Source: Podarcis tiliguerta
Lineage: Eukaryota
Assembly: GCA_965153285.1 (NCBI GenBank)
Contig: OZ229110.1
Direction: 5' to 3' (one strand)
Length of the DNA stretch: 64,000 bases
A program made the translations under genes and the position numbers. Shown here piece after piece: positions 1 through 11,247 of this stretch. Below the pieces are notes generated by a model. That model had not been told where the DNA came from, did not search any database, and saw nothing but the letters and a program-made list of their open reading frames with translations. Within the stretch, counting starts at the first letter, position 1, and each line of letters begins with the position of its first letter.

Positions 1-43
1 ATCGGTAGCAACCGAGAAGTTTTCTTCAACATCCTGCAGGAAG
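1..43 (+). CDS. BCS1L: BCS1L exon (5'-truncated by window)
   Basis: [14 protein letters not shown], donor GT at 44. Confidence 0.9.
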
Positions 44-3000
44 GTACAATAGCTCTCCTTGGTTGTAGTGGTGCCTGCTGGCAAGGGTGGGTAATACATT
101 TAATGATGATGTTGGCAGTAGGAATGAATAGATCAGTCTATTTCTGGGCCCAGGTTTGTTTTACATGTGTTCTTTAGTAAGTCCATTCCATCCTGTTTCT
201 GCATTAATCTGCAATTAAAAAAAAAACAAATATGCAAAAAATCATGTTTAAATACATACCTAAATATATTTTTATGAAGTAGCTATGATTGTAGCTCATT
301 GTATGGATTTCTAAATGTATTTTATTCCAAATTATGCATTTTGCATGCCTTTGGGCATTTTTTGAACTGAAAACTGTGTTTCAAAATTTAGAGAAGGCCA
401 AAGTCTGATGGCTAGTTATGTTCTGTTCTGCACCTGATTCCAGGAGGTACAAATTATATCACTCTGCATCAGAGTTCACAGAACTCCAGTTCCTTAAGTA
501 CCCCTACTTAGAGCTGGGGCTATCCTCCAAATTGACACATTCTCTTTGGTGATGCTTCCTTGCTTCTTTGTTATATTTAGCAGACAGGCGATTTCCCTCT
601 ACCTCCTTCCCATCTGTATCCAGATGTGCAGTTAGAAGAGTTTGGATTTGATATCCCGCTTTATCACTACCCGAAGGAGTCTCAAAGCGGCTAACATTCT
701 CCTTTCCCTTCCTCCCCCACAACAAACACTCTGTGAGGTGAGTGGGGCTGAGAGATTTCAAAGAAGTATGGCTGGCCCAAGGTCACCCAGCAGCTGCATG
801 TGGAGGAGCGGAGACACGAACCTGGTTCCCCAGATTACGAGACTCTTAACCACTACACCACACTGGCTCTCTAACCAGTTAGCTCCCTTTCCTCAGCTTT
901 GTTCCTTTCTCTGCAGCCAAAGAATTGGCTCTGAGGCAGCAAGAAGGAAAGACGGTGATGTACACAGCCATGGGGGCTGAATGGCGGCCATTTGGTTTCC
1001 CACGACGTCGGCGTCCGCTCACCTCTGTAGTGCTTGAGAAAGGAGTGTCCGAGAGAATTGTGCAGGATGTGAAAGAGTTCACTGGTAACCCCAAGTGGTA
1101 CATTGATCGAGGTGAGTTTACCTTTCAGGGAGTGACATTCAGATACCCTCACAACCTGAGCTTTTCCTTTATGAGCTAAATTAAGGCAGGTGGGATGCCA
1201 CTTACGGAGCCAGTATATCCCATTATTTAGCCCAGATTATCATTCTCAATGCCCTCTGCTATTGCGCACAAAGGCATCTCTGCGGCCTTCTGCATCCCTG
1301 TCATTTCCAAACTGTCTGTGCCTTCTTCCTGCTTTGGACTCCCAACTGTCATGATGCCTCTCTCTTCTGATGAGTGCAGCGGGAAGCCTCTTCTTACCTC
1401 ATTGCAATCTCTACAACAGCCCCTGCATAGTCTCAATCCTTGAGAATTAGGAACTATCCCTTACTTTCTATGAGAGAGACTGTCCTAGCTAGTCTCTGCA
1501 CAGCCAAGTACTGATAAACCAAACGTTCACTAAGTTTCTGGCATTTGCCACAATATTTTGTATCAACTGTTTGCCAAGTTGGTTAAAGTAATGCTTTTGT
1601 TCAGGGTGCCCTAAACCTTTAGGGTGGCAGGAAATTGGGTACTCTGTCAGAGCCCTGTGCAATATATTTCTTTATCAGCAGCTGGAATTGGCCACTATGG
1701 AATGAGCTCAAGGAATCATCGATCAGCTCATTCTTATTCTCGGGTGTGATGATGGTAGCTCAGATTTCATAAGAAGTTGGAATAGGCTGAGTTTTCTGCC
1801 TTTTGACTAGCCTCTTTGTCTGTAGGAATCCCCTATCGGAGAGGATACCTGCTGTACGGGCCCCCAGGTTGTGGAAAGAGCAGTTTCATGTGAGTACCAT
1901 GTCCTCAGCTTTTCTTCCCAACCCCCAACCCCCCTTTTCTCAAAGTTGTTGACCATGGATACAGTCTCTGAGGGGTACCTCCCTGGGCACCTTGTGTAGC
2001 TCCTGGTCAGGAATCACTCCCTACAGCTTACACCTTTGCACAAGGTGTTGTCATAGTTTTCTTCAGTGGAAACATTGTCCTTTGTCTATCACAGCACAGC
2101 CCTTGCTGGAGAACTTCAGTACAGCATCTGTCTCCTGAGCCTGAGCGACCGCAGCCTCTCTGACGATCGTCTTAACCACCTCCTGAGCGTAGCTCCTCAA
2201 CAGAGCATCATCCTCCTGGAGGACGTGGACGCTGCTTTCGTCAGCCGGGATCTTGCTGCCGAAAGTGAGTGACAGGCAGATGGCGCCTCCCCACTCTCTT
2301 GTTCCAGGCTGCCCTTTTCTGCTGCCTCTGACTGAGCTGGGACCAAGCGTTCATCACCCCTGTGTTGTAACTCTGTGGAGGCATCCTGATTAAGTGCTGC
2401 ACCGCAGCATCTTTCCCAAGCTAATTGTTCATTCAGAGTGGGGGGAATGAGAGCTGAACAGTAGCTCCTTCCTCCAAGCTGCACTTTGCAATGGGATTCG
2501 GGTTGGTGACCTGGTGCTGACAAAGAGGGGTCAATGACTCAGGACACCAATATCTTTTGGAAAATGTCTTCCCTTACGAACCTACCCAGACCCTTTGATT
2601 TTTTATCCTCCTACTAATGCCCACTCTGAGGGAGGTCTGGAGTGTGGTGACAAGGAAGAGGGTGTTCCAGTCAGGGCTCCCCACTTGTGGAATGCTCTTC
2701 ACAGTGGGGTCCTCCTGGGGCCATCATTAAAATTCTTTTGGCACCAGGTAAAAACTTAACTCAGGTATTTGACAGATGGTGATGATTTGCTGGATGATAT
2801 GCTTTGTTGCCAAGTTTTCCCCCTGCTGCTTTACTGTGTCTGTTCTCTGGATTTTTGTACAGTTTCTTTTTAATTGCAACGTATTGCTCTCTTTCCTTCT
2901 TATTGAGGGTTTTGGGGTTTTTTTGCTTTATGTCTTTAAAATTTTGTGAGTTACTTAGATACTTCTTCTTATTGAGTCTTGTTGTTGTTTTTTTGCTTTA

Positions 3001-5857
3001 TGTCTTTAAAACTTTGTGAGTTACTTCGATACTTTTTACGTAGCAAGCTACCGATAGATTGAATAAATATAATGATAAATAATTATCTGCAGGCTTTAAT
3101 GTGACACCTATTCCAAATCAGTTATCCATATACAAAGAGAGACTTGAAACAAGACAGGCGTTTGGGGACAGGTTTACATCTTTTGCATTGTGGAAGAGAT
3201 TCGCCAGCAGAGATCCTAGAGGCACTTCTTTTTGCCAGCCTTCTTTTGACATAGGATCCCGACTGTTTATTGTCCTGCTTTCTATCGACTTGCATTTTGC
3301 CACCAGGTGGCATGATTTTCTCTGACCCCTTCATGTATCTATTTGGACAGCAGTGTGTCAGGAACATTTCGCAAACCACTGCACATCAGGCAGGGAGCAT
3401 AAAGCTGGTACTACTGTGACATAAGACCACAACAGTGGGATTGTTGCCCTTCCCCTGGAAGGCTATAAACCTAGACAGAATTTGGGCAGCCCTTGGTTAC
3501 AACTGTACCTATTGTGTCTCCCTCTGAGCTGTCTCTGTGCCGCTGTGTTTCCCTCCAGACCCCAACGCATACCAAGGCATGGGACGCCTGACTTTCAGTG
3601 GCCTTCTCAACGCATTGGATGGTGTGGCTTCCTCCGAAGCAAGGATCGTATTCATGACCACCAATTATGTGGACAGGTCAGAAGCATTGCACAGAAAATG
3701 GGGGCAGATAGAGAGGTTGTTAGCTGCAGAAGATAACCTTTTGCTTGGGAAGGATCATTTAATGGCACCCAAGGAAGGTAGTGGCTGATAGGCTGGAGTC
3801 TACAGTGGTTTAGGATTCTACATTCCTCTAGCAGCTAAATCAAAACTGTTGTAACAGAAGTAGGAAGGGGAAAGGGGGAGCGGAAGGAGACGATGTAGCA
3901 ACAACTTACAGTCCCATAGAGAAATTTCTTCATCACCTTCCCCTCACAACATGAAGTCCCACACTGGTGACGCATTGAAACCACCAGCCGGCATGTGGTG
4001 AGGACACTAACACCATGATAACCTCGCCCAACCCATTCCACTCAACCCTCTCACATTTGGTGCCAAAGCATGCCACGAGGAAAAGTTAGGTATCCCGAGG
4101 CAGGTTTTTGAATCCCTCGGTAGCCCAAACGCAGACAGGAGCAGGACTGTTGTTTTGCCAGGGAAACAGCTACACACACACACACACACAGGAAGGACCA
4201 GTATTCCAGCAAATCAGCCTACTTCACCGCTCAGTGGCTGGGAGGAAGCTTGCAAATGGAGTCCCTTTGGTGGTAGGCCACTTCGATCCAAAGGGTTAAC
4301 TTCCCTTGGTGGGACCAAGGATTCCTCAAGTAACACAGTGCCTAAGTTGTCTCCATTGGTGTTTTTGAGGTGAAGACAAGCTAGGGGTGGAGGAGAGTTT
4401 TGTTTTGTCTGCATTTTCAAGCAAGCTAGCCAAATTTTTACCTCCCAAACGAATTTACAATTATCCTTCAGCTTCCCCACTCCTCCAAATTTTGCAATAC
4501 AGTCCTTGGTTCCCAAAATGCATTAAGATTTTTTTTTTTTTTTAGGAGGCAATGCATTTAGAGATGCATACCCTGTGATAAATACTATTTAAATATGCAT
4601 TTATAATAAAATGCATTTTTAAATACGAATTTCTGTATGGATTTTTTAAATTAAAAAAATACAGATCTTAAAGTGGAAAAGCAACAGAGCAGACTTAACA
4701 CCTGTAACACTTTGGACATGGACCCCAAATAAACTGATCCGTCCATCCCTAGCTCACACAAGGCAACTCCATGAGCTTCCTTGTAACTCAGTCAAGAAGG
4801 AGATTGCAGTGAGTAACAGAGGAGGGCAGTTTGTGACCCACCCCTTGGAAGTGCTGTCTTTATGAGGCAAAGTCTGCCTTTCTGGGGACCAGCTGGTAAC
4901 TATTTTAAGTATAAAAAGGAGGAAGGCAGCAGGAATGAACACTTCCTGTTCCAGAAGATGATACTATAGGAGAAGACGGAAGAGAATCTTATCTTGGGGC
5001 TCTTGTAGTCCCCAAGACCTGTGACACATCCTCTCCTACAAGCACAGGACTCTGTCAGCCATGTAAGCCTGGTGCTGAAGGAGTCATGTGCAGGGTAGAA
5101 GAGCAAATGCTCAGCAGACAGGGTCAGACAGTTAAAACTGTCTGGGTAAGGCTTTGGGTAACGCTGGGGTCATGCTTGCTAGGGAGTGGTCTGGGGTATA
5201 TATACATATGGACTTCTGCCTCCTTTGGTCATGCTGGTTTGCAGCATTTAACACAGAAGCTGAAGATCTGGTTCTGTCCTTGTTTACTGTTCCTGGTTCC
5301 ATGCAGGCTCCTCTGAGATTGTAGGAGGGCATGGGTAACTTGGCAGGTATGGAGAAAGAGGAGCATGATGGGTGAGTGCAGCAAGATGTGGGTGTAGTTA
5401 AATTACAAGGCACTGTTACTTTATATTCTTTTAGAGAGTAGCTCAAAGAAAATAAAGGGGAGAGCAGATTCCCTTAGCCCTGTTTCTTCTTGGGGTTGGA
5501 GAGAGAACAAGGAGATGATACCCCAAGTGAGAGGAGCATAGAGAACCTTATTTCCCACCTGAGCATTTGCTGAGCCTCATTTGTCTTCTCCTCTTTCCCT
5601 GCAGGCTCGATCCAGCCCTAGTTCGCCCTGGCCGGGTGGACCTGAAGCAGTACGTGGGGTACTGCTCAGAGTGGCAGCTCGGGCGCATGTTCCAGAGGTT
5701 CTACCCAGACCAGCCAGCAGCTGCGGCCGAGGAGTTTGCCAAACAGGCCGTGTCTGCCTCTGATCGGATCAGTGCTGCGCAAGTCCAAGGCCACTTCATG
5801 CTATACAAGGCGGATCCGGACGCAGCCCTTAAGAACGTGCAAGCTCTTATATCCTGA
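1..5857 (+). CDS. BCS1L: Mitochondrial chaperone BCS1 (AAA ATPase), 5'-partial gene model: join(<1..43,917..1111,1826..1889,2095..2264,3559..3676,5605..5857)
   Basis: GT-AG exons join in phase: [30 protein letters not shown]...[29 protein letters not shown] (Walker A)/TALAGEL...LLEDVDAAF (Walker B)/...[14 protein letters not shown]...[17 protein letters not shown]...LIS*. Confidence 0.97.
636..870 (-). mobile_element. tRNA-derived squamate SINE (Squam3/CORE-like)
   Basis: Minus strand begins GAGCCAGTGTGGTGTAGTGGTTAAGAG (tRNA-like A box), followed by a MIR/CORE-like body; family assignment from recall. Confidence 0.65.
917..1111 (+). CDS. BCS1L: BCS1L exon
   Basis: ctgcag|CC...CGAG|gtgag; [26 protein letters not shown]. 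Confidence 0.96.
1826..1889 (+). CDS. BCS1L: BCS1L exon (Walker A)
   Basis: [21 protein letters not shown]; tgtag| ... |gtgag. Confidence 0.96.
2095..2264 (+). CDS. BCS1L: BCS1L exon (Walker B)
   Basis: [16 protein letters not shown]...[13 protein letters not shown]. Confidence 0.96.
2620..2770 (+). mobile_element. L2-like LINE 3' relic
   Basis: ...GGCTCCCCACTTGTGGAATGCTCT...GGCACCAGGTAAAAAC resembles squamate L2 3' ends; a related piece lies at ~27415-27530. Confidence 0.45.
2896..3034. repeat. ~70-bp tandem duplication (2 copies)
   Basis: CTTCTTATTGAG...TTTTGCTTTATGTCTTTAAAA(T/C)TTTGTGAGTTACTT(A/C)GATACTT occurs twice. Confidence 0.85.
3559..3676 (+). CDS. BCS1L: BCS1L exon
   Basis: [40 protein letters not shown]. 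Confidence 0.96.
5605..5857 (+). CDS. BCS1L: BCS1L last coding exon
   Basis: [20 protein letters not shown]...[11 protein letters not shown] at 5855-5857. Confidence 0.96.
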
Positions 5858-6006
5858 CGTTGAACAAAGCCCGAGACCGCTTTGCATATGGCTTCCCCAG
5901 GAAAAGGGTTGTTTGCATGCATGGATTTGTTTAGACGGGATGAGATAATCATGAGGATGATGCCATCCACATGTTCACCTCAGTGAGGCCACCTTTTTGT
6001 AAAGAA

Positions 6007-6060
6007 AATAAAGAGCAACCCAACATAACTCCTACAATGCAACTCTTGAAAATGAATAAA
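6007..6060 (+). terminator. BCS1L candidate polyadenylation signals (AATAAA at 6007-6012 and 6055-6060)
   Basis: Two canonical hexamers 150-200 nt after the stop codon. Confidence 0.6.
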
Positions 6061-6520
6061 TGTGAAGCTCAGGTGTTGTGGAACTTATGTCCTCCAGATG
6101 GCAAATGTTAACACCTGAGGAGAGGCCCAAAAGGTGTTATAACTAGGCGGAGGGGACAGACACACACAAACACAACACACGCAACGTGATTTCAGGGTAT
6201 ATGCCTGCTGTTTATGAACTCCTAGTTACTCAGTGGCATGATCTATAGCAGATTCTACACCAAAGCCCTAATCCTGTTATTGCCAGAATCATTTGGTGCG
6301 AGGGAAAGGCAGTGGAGGTTCAATGGTGAGAGCAGCCAACCCTGTGACATGTTCTCTTCATACAGGTAGACACTTGACTGCACTGTGAAGAAAAGGGCTT
6401 GTTTAATTATACCCTTTAAAGATAGAATCTGTCTGCTGGCATTACAATCAAGACTTTTGCCATTTAAAATATGTATTTGCCAATAGGTAAATGTTGTGCG
6501 TGCCTGGCCTTGTTTCTCTT

Positions 6521-7150
6521 TCAGGCTATGGCAAAGTCTCGTGAGCTGAAGTGGTTTTTACCGACCATCGCAAAAGTATCTGGCTCCTTCACACTGACCA
6601 CGCTCCTCTTTTGGAACAGGAGTACGCGTCGGAATATCACATCATAACTGACCAGGTAGCCATCATTGTACATGTATAGCTTGTGGTCATTGGGGTTGTA
6701 GCTTGTGCTTTGTGGTGTGCCTGTGAGCTTTTCCAGGATGATGTCCATAGAGCCTTCTGTGGCTGTGTTAGTGTCATATTTGTAAAAGATCTTCTCTTTG
6801 TGTTCAGACACCCGCATCAAGGCATACATCACCCCACAGATCATGAAGGTGCCGGTTGCCTTAGGCTTGTACATTGAGGTTTGCCATGACTTGACTATTG
6901 TCAGAATATTGGGATCCAGCTGCCCAATCATTATTTTCCCCTTGTTTTTTTCCATGGAGTAAATGAGCCACAGTCCATTCTCATCCCCGGAGAAATCAAA
7001 AGTCCTGCCAATTGATTCCGCTATAAGAGTACCAGTTGTTGAACACGTACTGTCATTGATCAGCTGTTCATTACATGTTTGCCTTCCAAAATTCTCACTA
7101 AAGCAGGTGGTCATCATCCCTTTTGGGATCATTTGCAAACCTGAGAACTG
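6521..7150 (-). CDS. Olfactomedin-domain (OLFM4-like) C-terminal-half ORF; truncated gene or pseudogene
   Basis: FDFSGDENGLWLIYS...IMIGQLDPNIL...WQTSMYKPKATGTFMICGVMYA...IFYKYDTNT...YNPNDHKLYMYNDGYLVSYDV matches OLF-domain motifs (DENGLW, FMxCGVLY, YNP.D.KLY.YNDGY). The N-terminal half of the domain and a signal peptide are absent. Family call is confident; functional status is not. Confidence 0.75.
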   Translation of the reverse strand, partial: QFSGLQMIPKGMMTTCFSENFGRQTCNEQLINDSTCSTTGTLIAESIGRTFDFSGDENGLWLIYSMEKNKGKIMIGQLDPNILTIVKSWQTSMYKPKATGTFMICGVMYALMRVSEHKEKIFYKYDTNTATEGSMDIILEKLTGTPQSTSYNPNDHKLYMYNDGYLVSYDVIFRRVLLFQKRSVVSVKEPDTFAMVGKNHFSSRDFAIA

Positions 7151-7488
7151 CTGTGAGCACTAAGCACAAGCACATGCTACATTCTATTAGTAAGTGCAAC
7201 AGAATGCTTCTTTCAAGTCTAATGTCAAATGACGGGGGGACCCTGTGGCACCAGAAGGGCTCTGCAGGCCTCTTTATAATATAAAGAATTGACGTCCGAG
7301 GAAATTTCTGAAAGGCGGCACTTTGTCCTGGATCCTAGGCAAGTCAATAACCACATATATATGTGTGCACGCGCAGTAAGCTACGTATGCCGTAAACAGC
7401 ACTGCCAGATCTCTAACGATTCCCAAGTTGTTTGATCTGAGTTAATGGTTACAATGAGGTTCTCCATGCAGGCTGGGTTAGGACGTAC

Positions 7489-7500
7489 TGTTAGTGCCAT
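7489..7500 (-). CDS. Putative 4-codon first exon (MALT) of the olfactomedin-like gene
   Basis: ATG GCA CTA ACA|GTACGT; joins in frame to acceptor cacag|CAG TTC TCA GGT TTG at 7150. Confidence 0.3.
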
Positions 7501-7534
7501 TGAGTGTTCTCCTTGAGGCGGGTGGTTCCACTTC

Positions 7535-7542
7535 TATTTATA
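7535..7542 (-). promoter_or_regulatory. Candidate TATA box (TATAAATA) upstream of the olfactomedin-like ATG
   Basis: Consensus TATA 35-42 nt upstream of ATG 7500; E-box CAGGTG at 7551-7556. Confidence 0.35.
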
Positions 7543-8345
7543 GCAACACCCAGGTGTGAAACAGCACTTGCTCTTCTTGCCCATGTTACAACAGCAAAAC
7601 ATGGAAAGGGGGTTCTTTCATACATTGGGGGGGGGTGGAGAGAGAAGATACTTGAGGTATTAGTTTTAACCCAGGGTGGGACAGTAACTCTAATATATCA
7701 CAGACAAATACGCGAAAGCATGGGAAAGACTAGGGAGGTTCAGGAAGAAACAGATCCTGCACTTCAGAGATTTTATAAAAGAAATTGCTGGATGTGAACA
7801 AGATGGAAGAAAATGGGGTGGGTTTATGAAATGAGGGCTAAAGTCCTTAAAGGATCGAGAGCAGTTGGTAAAAAGGAAGGCAGAACAATCAGGAGACAGC
7901 AAAACAATAGGGGAAAGTGTCAAGCAGAGGATGTGATCAACAGCACAGATCCAGATGCCTTGAGACCTACTCAAAGAAGGCACAGCCATTCATCAAGGAT
8001 GTCAGAATGAAAGAAAAAGCATCAGCTGTTTCCTCCATGAGTACGCTGTGTATGCCCTATAATCAATCACTTGTTAATAGTGATGGATATTTTTTAAGGA
8101 TCTCAACAGTCCTAGAGAGCAAATGAGGCAAACAGTATTTTGTTCACCTTCAGTCCTACAACATGGTACCCTCACTCCATTGCTCCTCTTGTCCCTTTAT
8201 TTCCCAACCTCATCCCTTCCTACTTGTCTGATGTTTGGCTCCTGTTCCAGTTTTGAGCACATTCATCTCTCTTCTACCATACCTCCCACATGGCACCGTC
8301 CCATTACATACTTTGAAGGGATTCAGTTGCATATCAGAAAAATAG

Positions 8346-8692
8346 TAAAGGTAAAGGGTAAAGAGACCCCTGACCATTTGGTCCAGTCGTGACCGACTCT
8401 GGGGTTGCAGTGCTCATCTCGCTTTATTGGCCGAGGGAGCCAGCGTATAGCTTCCAGGTCATGACTAAGCTGCTTCTGGCAAACCAGAGCGGTGCAAGGA
8501 AACACCATTTACCTTCCCACCGGAGCGGTACCTATTTATCTACTTGCACTTTGACGTGCTTTCAACTGCTAGGTTGGCAGGAGCAGGGACCGAGCAACGG
8601 GAGCTCACCCCGTCGCGGGGATTCGAACCGCCGACCTTCTGATCGGCAAGTCCTAGGCTCTGTGCTTTAACCCACAGCGCCACCTGCGTCCC
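8346..8692 (-). mobile_element. Sauria SINE (POM-type), full length
   Basis: GGGACGCAGGTGGCGCTGTGGGTTAAA head, GGTTCGAATCC B box, (ACCTTT)n-type tail; flanking direct repeat ATCAGAAAAATA at 8333-8344 and 8696-8707. Confidence 0.92.
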
Positions 8693-9100
8693 ACAATCAG
8701 AAAAATAAGTCTATACAATTCAAGTGGAATAAGTGCTTTGCTGCAACAAAATCCACTTTTAAAAACCAGACTCTTTGCAATTGGGGAACTGCATGAAAAA
8801 GTGTGGTATAAAAGACGGAAAAATATATAGATGGAAATATATATAACCTCCACACATCAGGATGAGTGTTCATCATTGTATAACCTCCCTTCAGATCAAG
8901 ATGGCTACTCAATAGGGCAGAGTCAGACATTGTATATCTGCATATGTTTGGTTCAAGCAAATGAGGAAGACTGCTTAGTTTAACAGGTAATCTGAAATAA
9001 TCCATCCAAACTCAAATGAACAGTTTGTGTACTCTAATAAAGTAGCCTGTCATCCAGCTCTTACCTTATCTTTCTTTTTTTACCTAATGCACACTACAGG

Positions 9101-9180
9101 AGCTATATGCACTTTGCTCACCAATTAGCAAAGTGTCAGCAATTAGCTATATGCACTTTGCTCACCAATTAGCAAAGTGC
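9101..9180. repeat. Two exact 35-bp direct repeats, each containing a hairpin
   Basis: AGCTATATGCACTTTGCTCACCAATTAGCAAAGTG at 9101-9135 and 9145-9179. Confidence 0.9.
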
Positions 9181-11031
9181 CTTTGGGTCAGTTTTTATGA
9201 CCCAAGTTCCTAAGATGTATAGCTTTTAGGTATTCCTGGACCTGGACCTATGTCTGTATTATAACCCTGTCCAGAAAAGCCAATCAGGATCTAGATACTG
9301 TGTTACCCATGTTTTGTATTCTATGTAGGCTCCATTCATTATTGTTCAGAAGTTTCAAGTGGTGCAAAATGAAGCAGCCTTTCTCCTTAGAATAGTTTAC
9401 AAAAAAAGAAAAGAAAAAGAACATGTGAATCCAACAGAAAGATGTCCAAATTAGAACCCAATTGTTTTTCATTTATAATCAAAAGGTACTTCATTTTAGC
9501 TAAGAAGTTTTAAACTACTTGGGTCATAGGTTAGAAACCATCTAAAAATAGGCAGGGAGGTAATATTGTTGAATGGTCTCATCACATTCAGCACAGCAGC
9601 AGCTATGTTCTTTATCCACGAAAAAGTCATAGATTGGTTTACTCAAATTGCTTTTAATACTCCTGTTTTGCATCACATCACCACAAATTACACCTCACCA
9701 CAGTGCAGGGAGGTAAATCAATCTCACATCAATCCTTTTAATAGGCAGAACTGCTCAAACTGGTATATGTGCATGCATACAAATGAGTAATGACATCCTT
9801 TAGCCTCTAGCATGAACTGGTTTAAAATCAGTCACATTTCTATTGTAAGGTCATTTTGGCCACTGTGCTCTGTAAAGTTGTCACACATCTACAATGTTAC
9901 TGTGGCTAAGCAGAAAAGGAAAATTATGAAGTCTGGCAAAGCTTCACTTGGGGAGGGGTGGGGGGACATTTTGCAGACATATAAGGAATTTAAGCAGCTT
10001 GGGAACTTTCACACAGCCTAGGGTAAAATTTGTTGTGGGGGGAGGAAGGCCATAAATATGTGAAAAAATAGAAATACAAGTGGAGGAGTCTGCTCAAAAT
10101 GTTTGCATAGTGGCCACATGTACTCCATATTGCTACAGACTCCTCCCCTGAGCAGAAATACCCATAAAGACAAGGCTGCATTTTGCTGAGGGAGATGACA
10201 GAGACTGTGTAGCCTAAAAATAGGTAGGTACATTGGTATTACCCTCCCAAATGGAGAGTAGAGCTGTTCTTGAATGGTGTGTGGGTGAATGCACATACAC
10301 ACAGCCATAAAGTTAGGAGGGGAAAGCCAGTTGAGCATGAGAGACTTCTCACCCCAACAAAACCAAATTTGGCTCGAATCAAAGATGATAAGACCCAAAA
10401 TATAAGTCATGTGAACTCTGGACAGGATTACAGTTAGTAAACCATTGCAGGATATCACATTTGTGAAAACAGGCAAAGACAAGAGCCTTGGTGTACCTGG
10501 AGCTGAAGCCTTTGTTGCCAATACTAGCTCCAAATCCAACTACCGGGCGAGTAAGGAGTTGGACTTCTTATAATTTAAAGGCCCTTTAGAATAAGCATGT
10601 TTGATGTTTGCAGTTCAAGGTCAATCACTACTGAACATTAGCCAATTACAATGAGAAAGAGGGAGACCCCAACATTCAGTCTGGCCACAGTTGTGGGGCT
10701 TAAAGAACCCTCTGTGGTCAACAGCCGCCAAGTCAATGTTGATTCAAGTCCACTCTTTTCACATATGCCAATACCATCAATAAGGCATGTCTAAAAATAG
10801 TGACGCTATTAATGGCAAGTCCTCTCCATAGCTCTGGACAGTAAACAAGGAGACCTGTACTCCCTTATGGTCCTTCTATTTTTAGCACCTATTTTAGAAC
10901 AGGGTTACTTAATAGTTATTTTTCAAGCTTGGCTTTTAGTTCAGTGATTCAGCCTCAAACAGTCCTCTACACAGCGCTGATTGACTGTAAGATCCCACAG
11001 TTTACCCATGGGCAATAGCATTTGTCTACCA

Positions 11032-11037
11032 TTTATT
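11032..11037 (-). terminator. RNF25 candidate polyA signal AATAAA
   Basis: TTTATT on + strand ~210 nt past the RNF25 stop. Confidence 0.55.
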
Positions 11038-11247
11038 ATTCAGTTATTTACTACAGTCCACAGACAGTAATTCTGATCTCTGAGGACAATATACCCCTAC
11101 TCTGCAAGACATAAACCGCCCATGGCCGAGAGGAGAATTTCAAGACAGATCTGCTTTTCCTTACAATCCAGGCCAATGGTTGACAGCACAACAAAATCAC
11201 CAGTGTTCACCCCTAGAAAAAGCCCCTCAAGCCTCAACTCCTGCCTG

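Noticed and set aside
8697-9005. ORF starting MDYFRL as a missing upstream olfactomedin exon
   Set aside because: Resemblance is limited to a few residues; no other OLF motifs and no compatible splice sites found.
9101-9180. CRISPR-like palindromic direct repeats, or a miR-17-family hairpin (AAAGTGC)
   Set aside because: Only two units with a 9-nt spacer, in vertebrate DNA with no cas genes; the 10-bp stem is far too short for a pre-miRNA.
10018-10539. 173-aa minus-strand ORF
   Set aside because: Non-ATG start, no recognisable domain or exon signals; likely a chance ORF.
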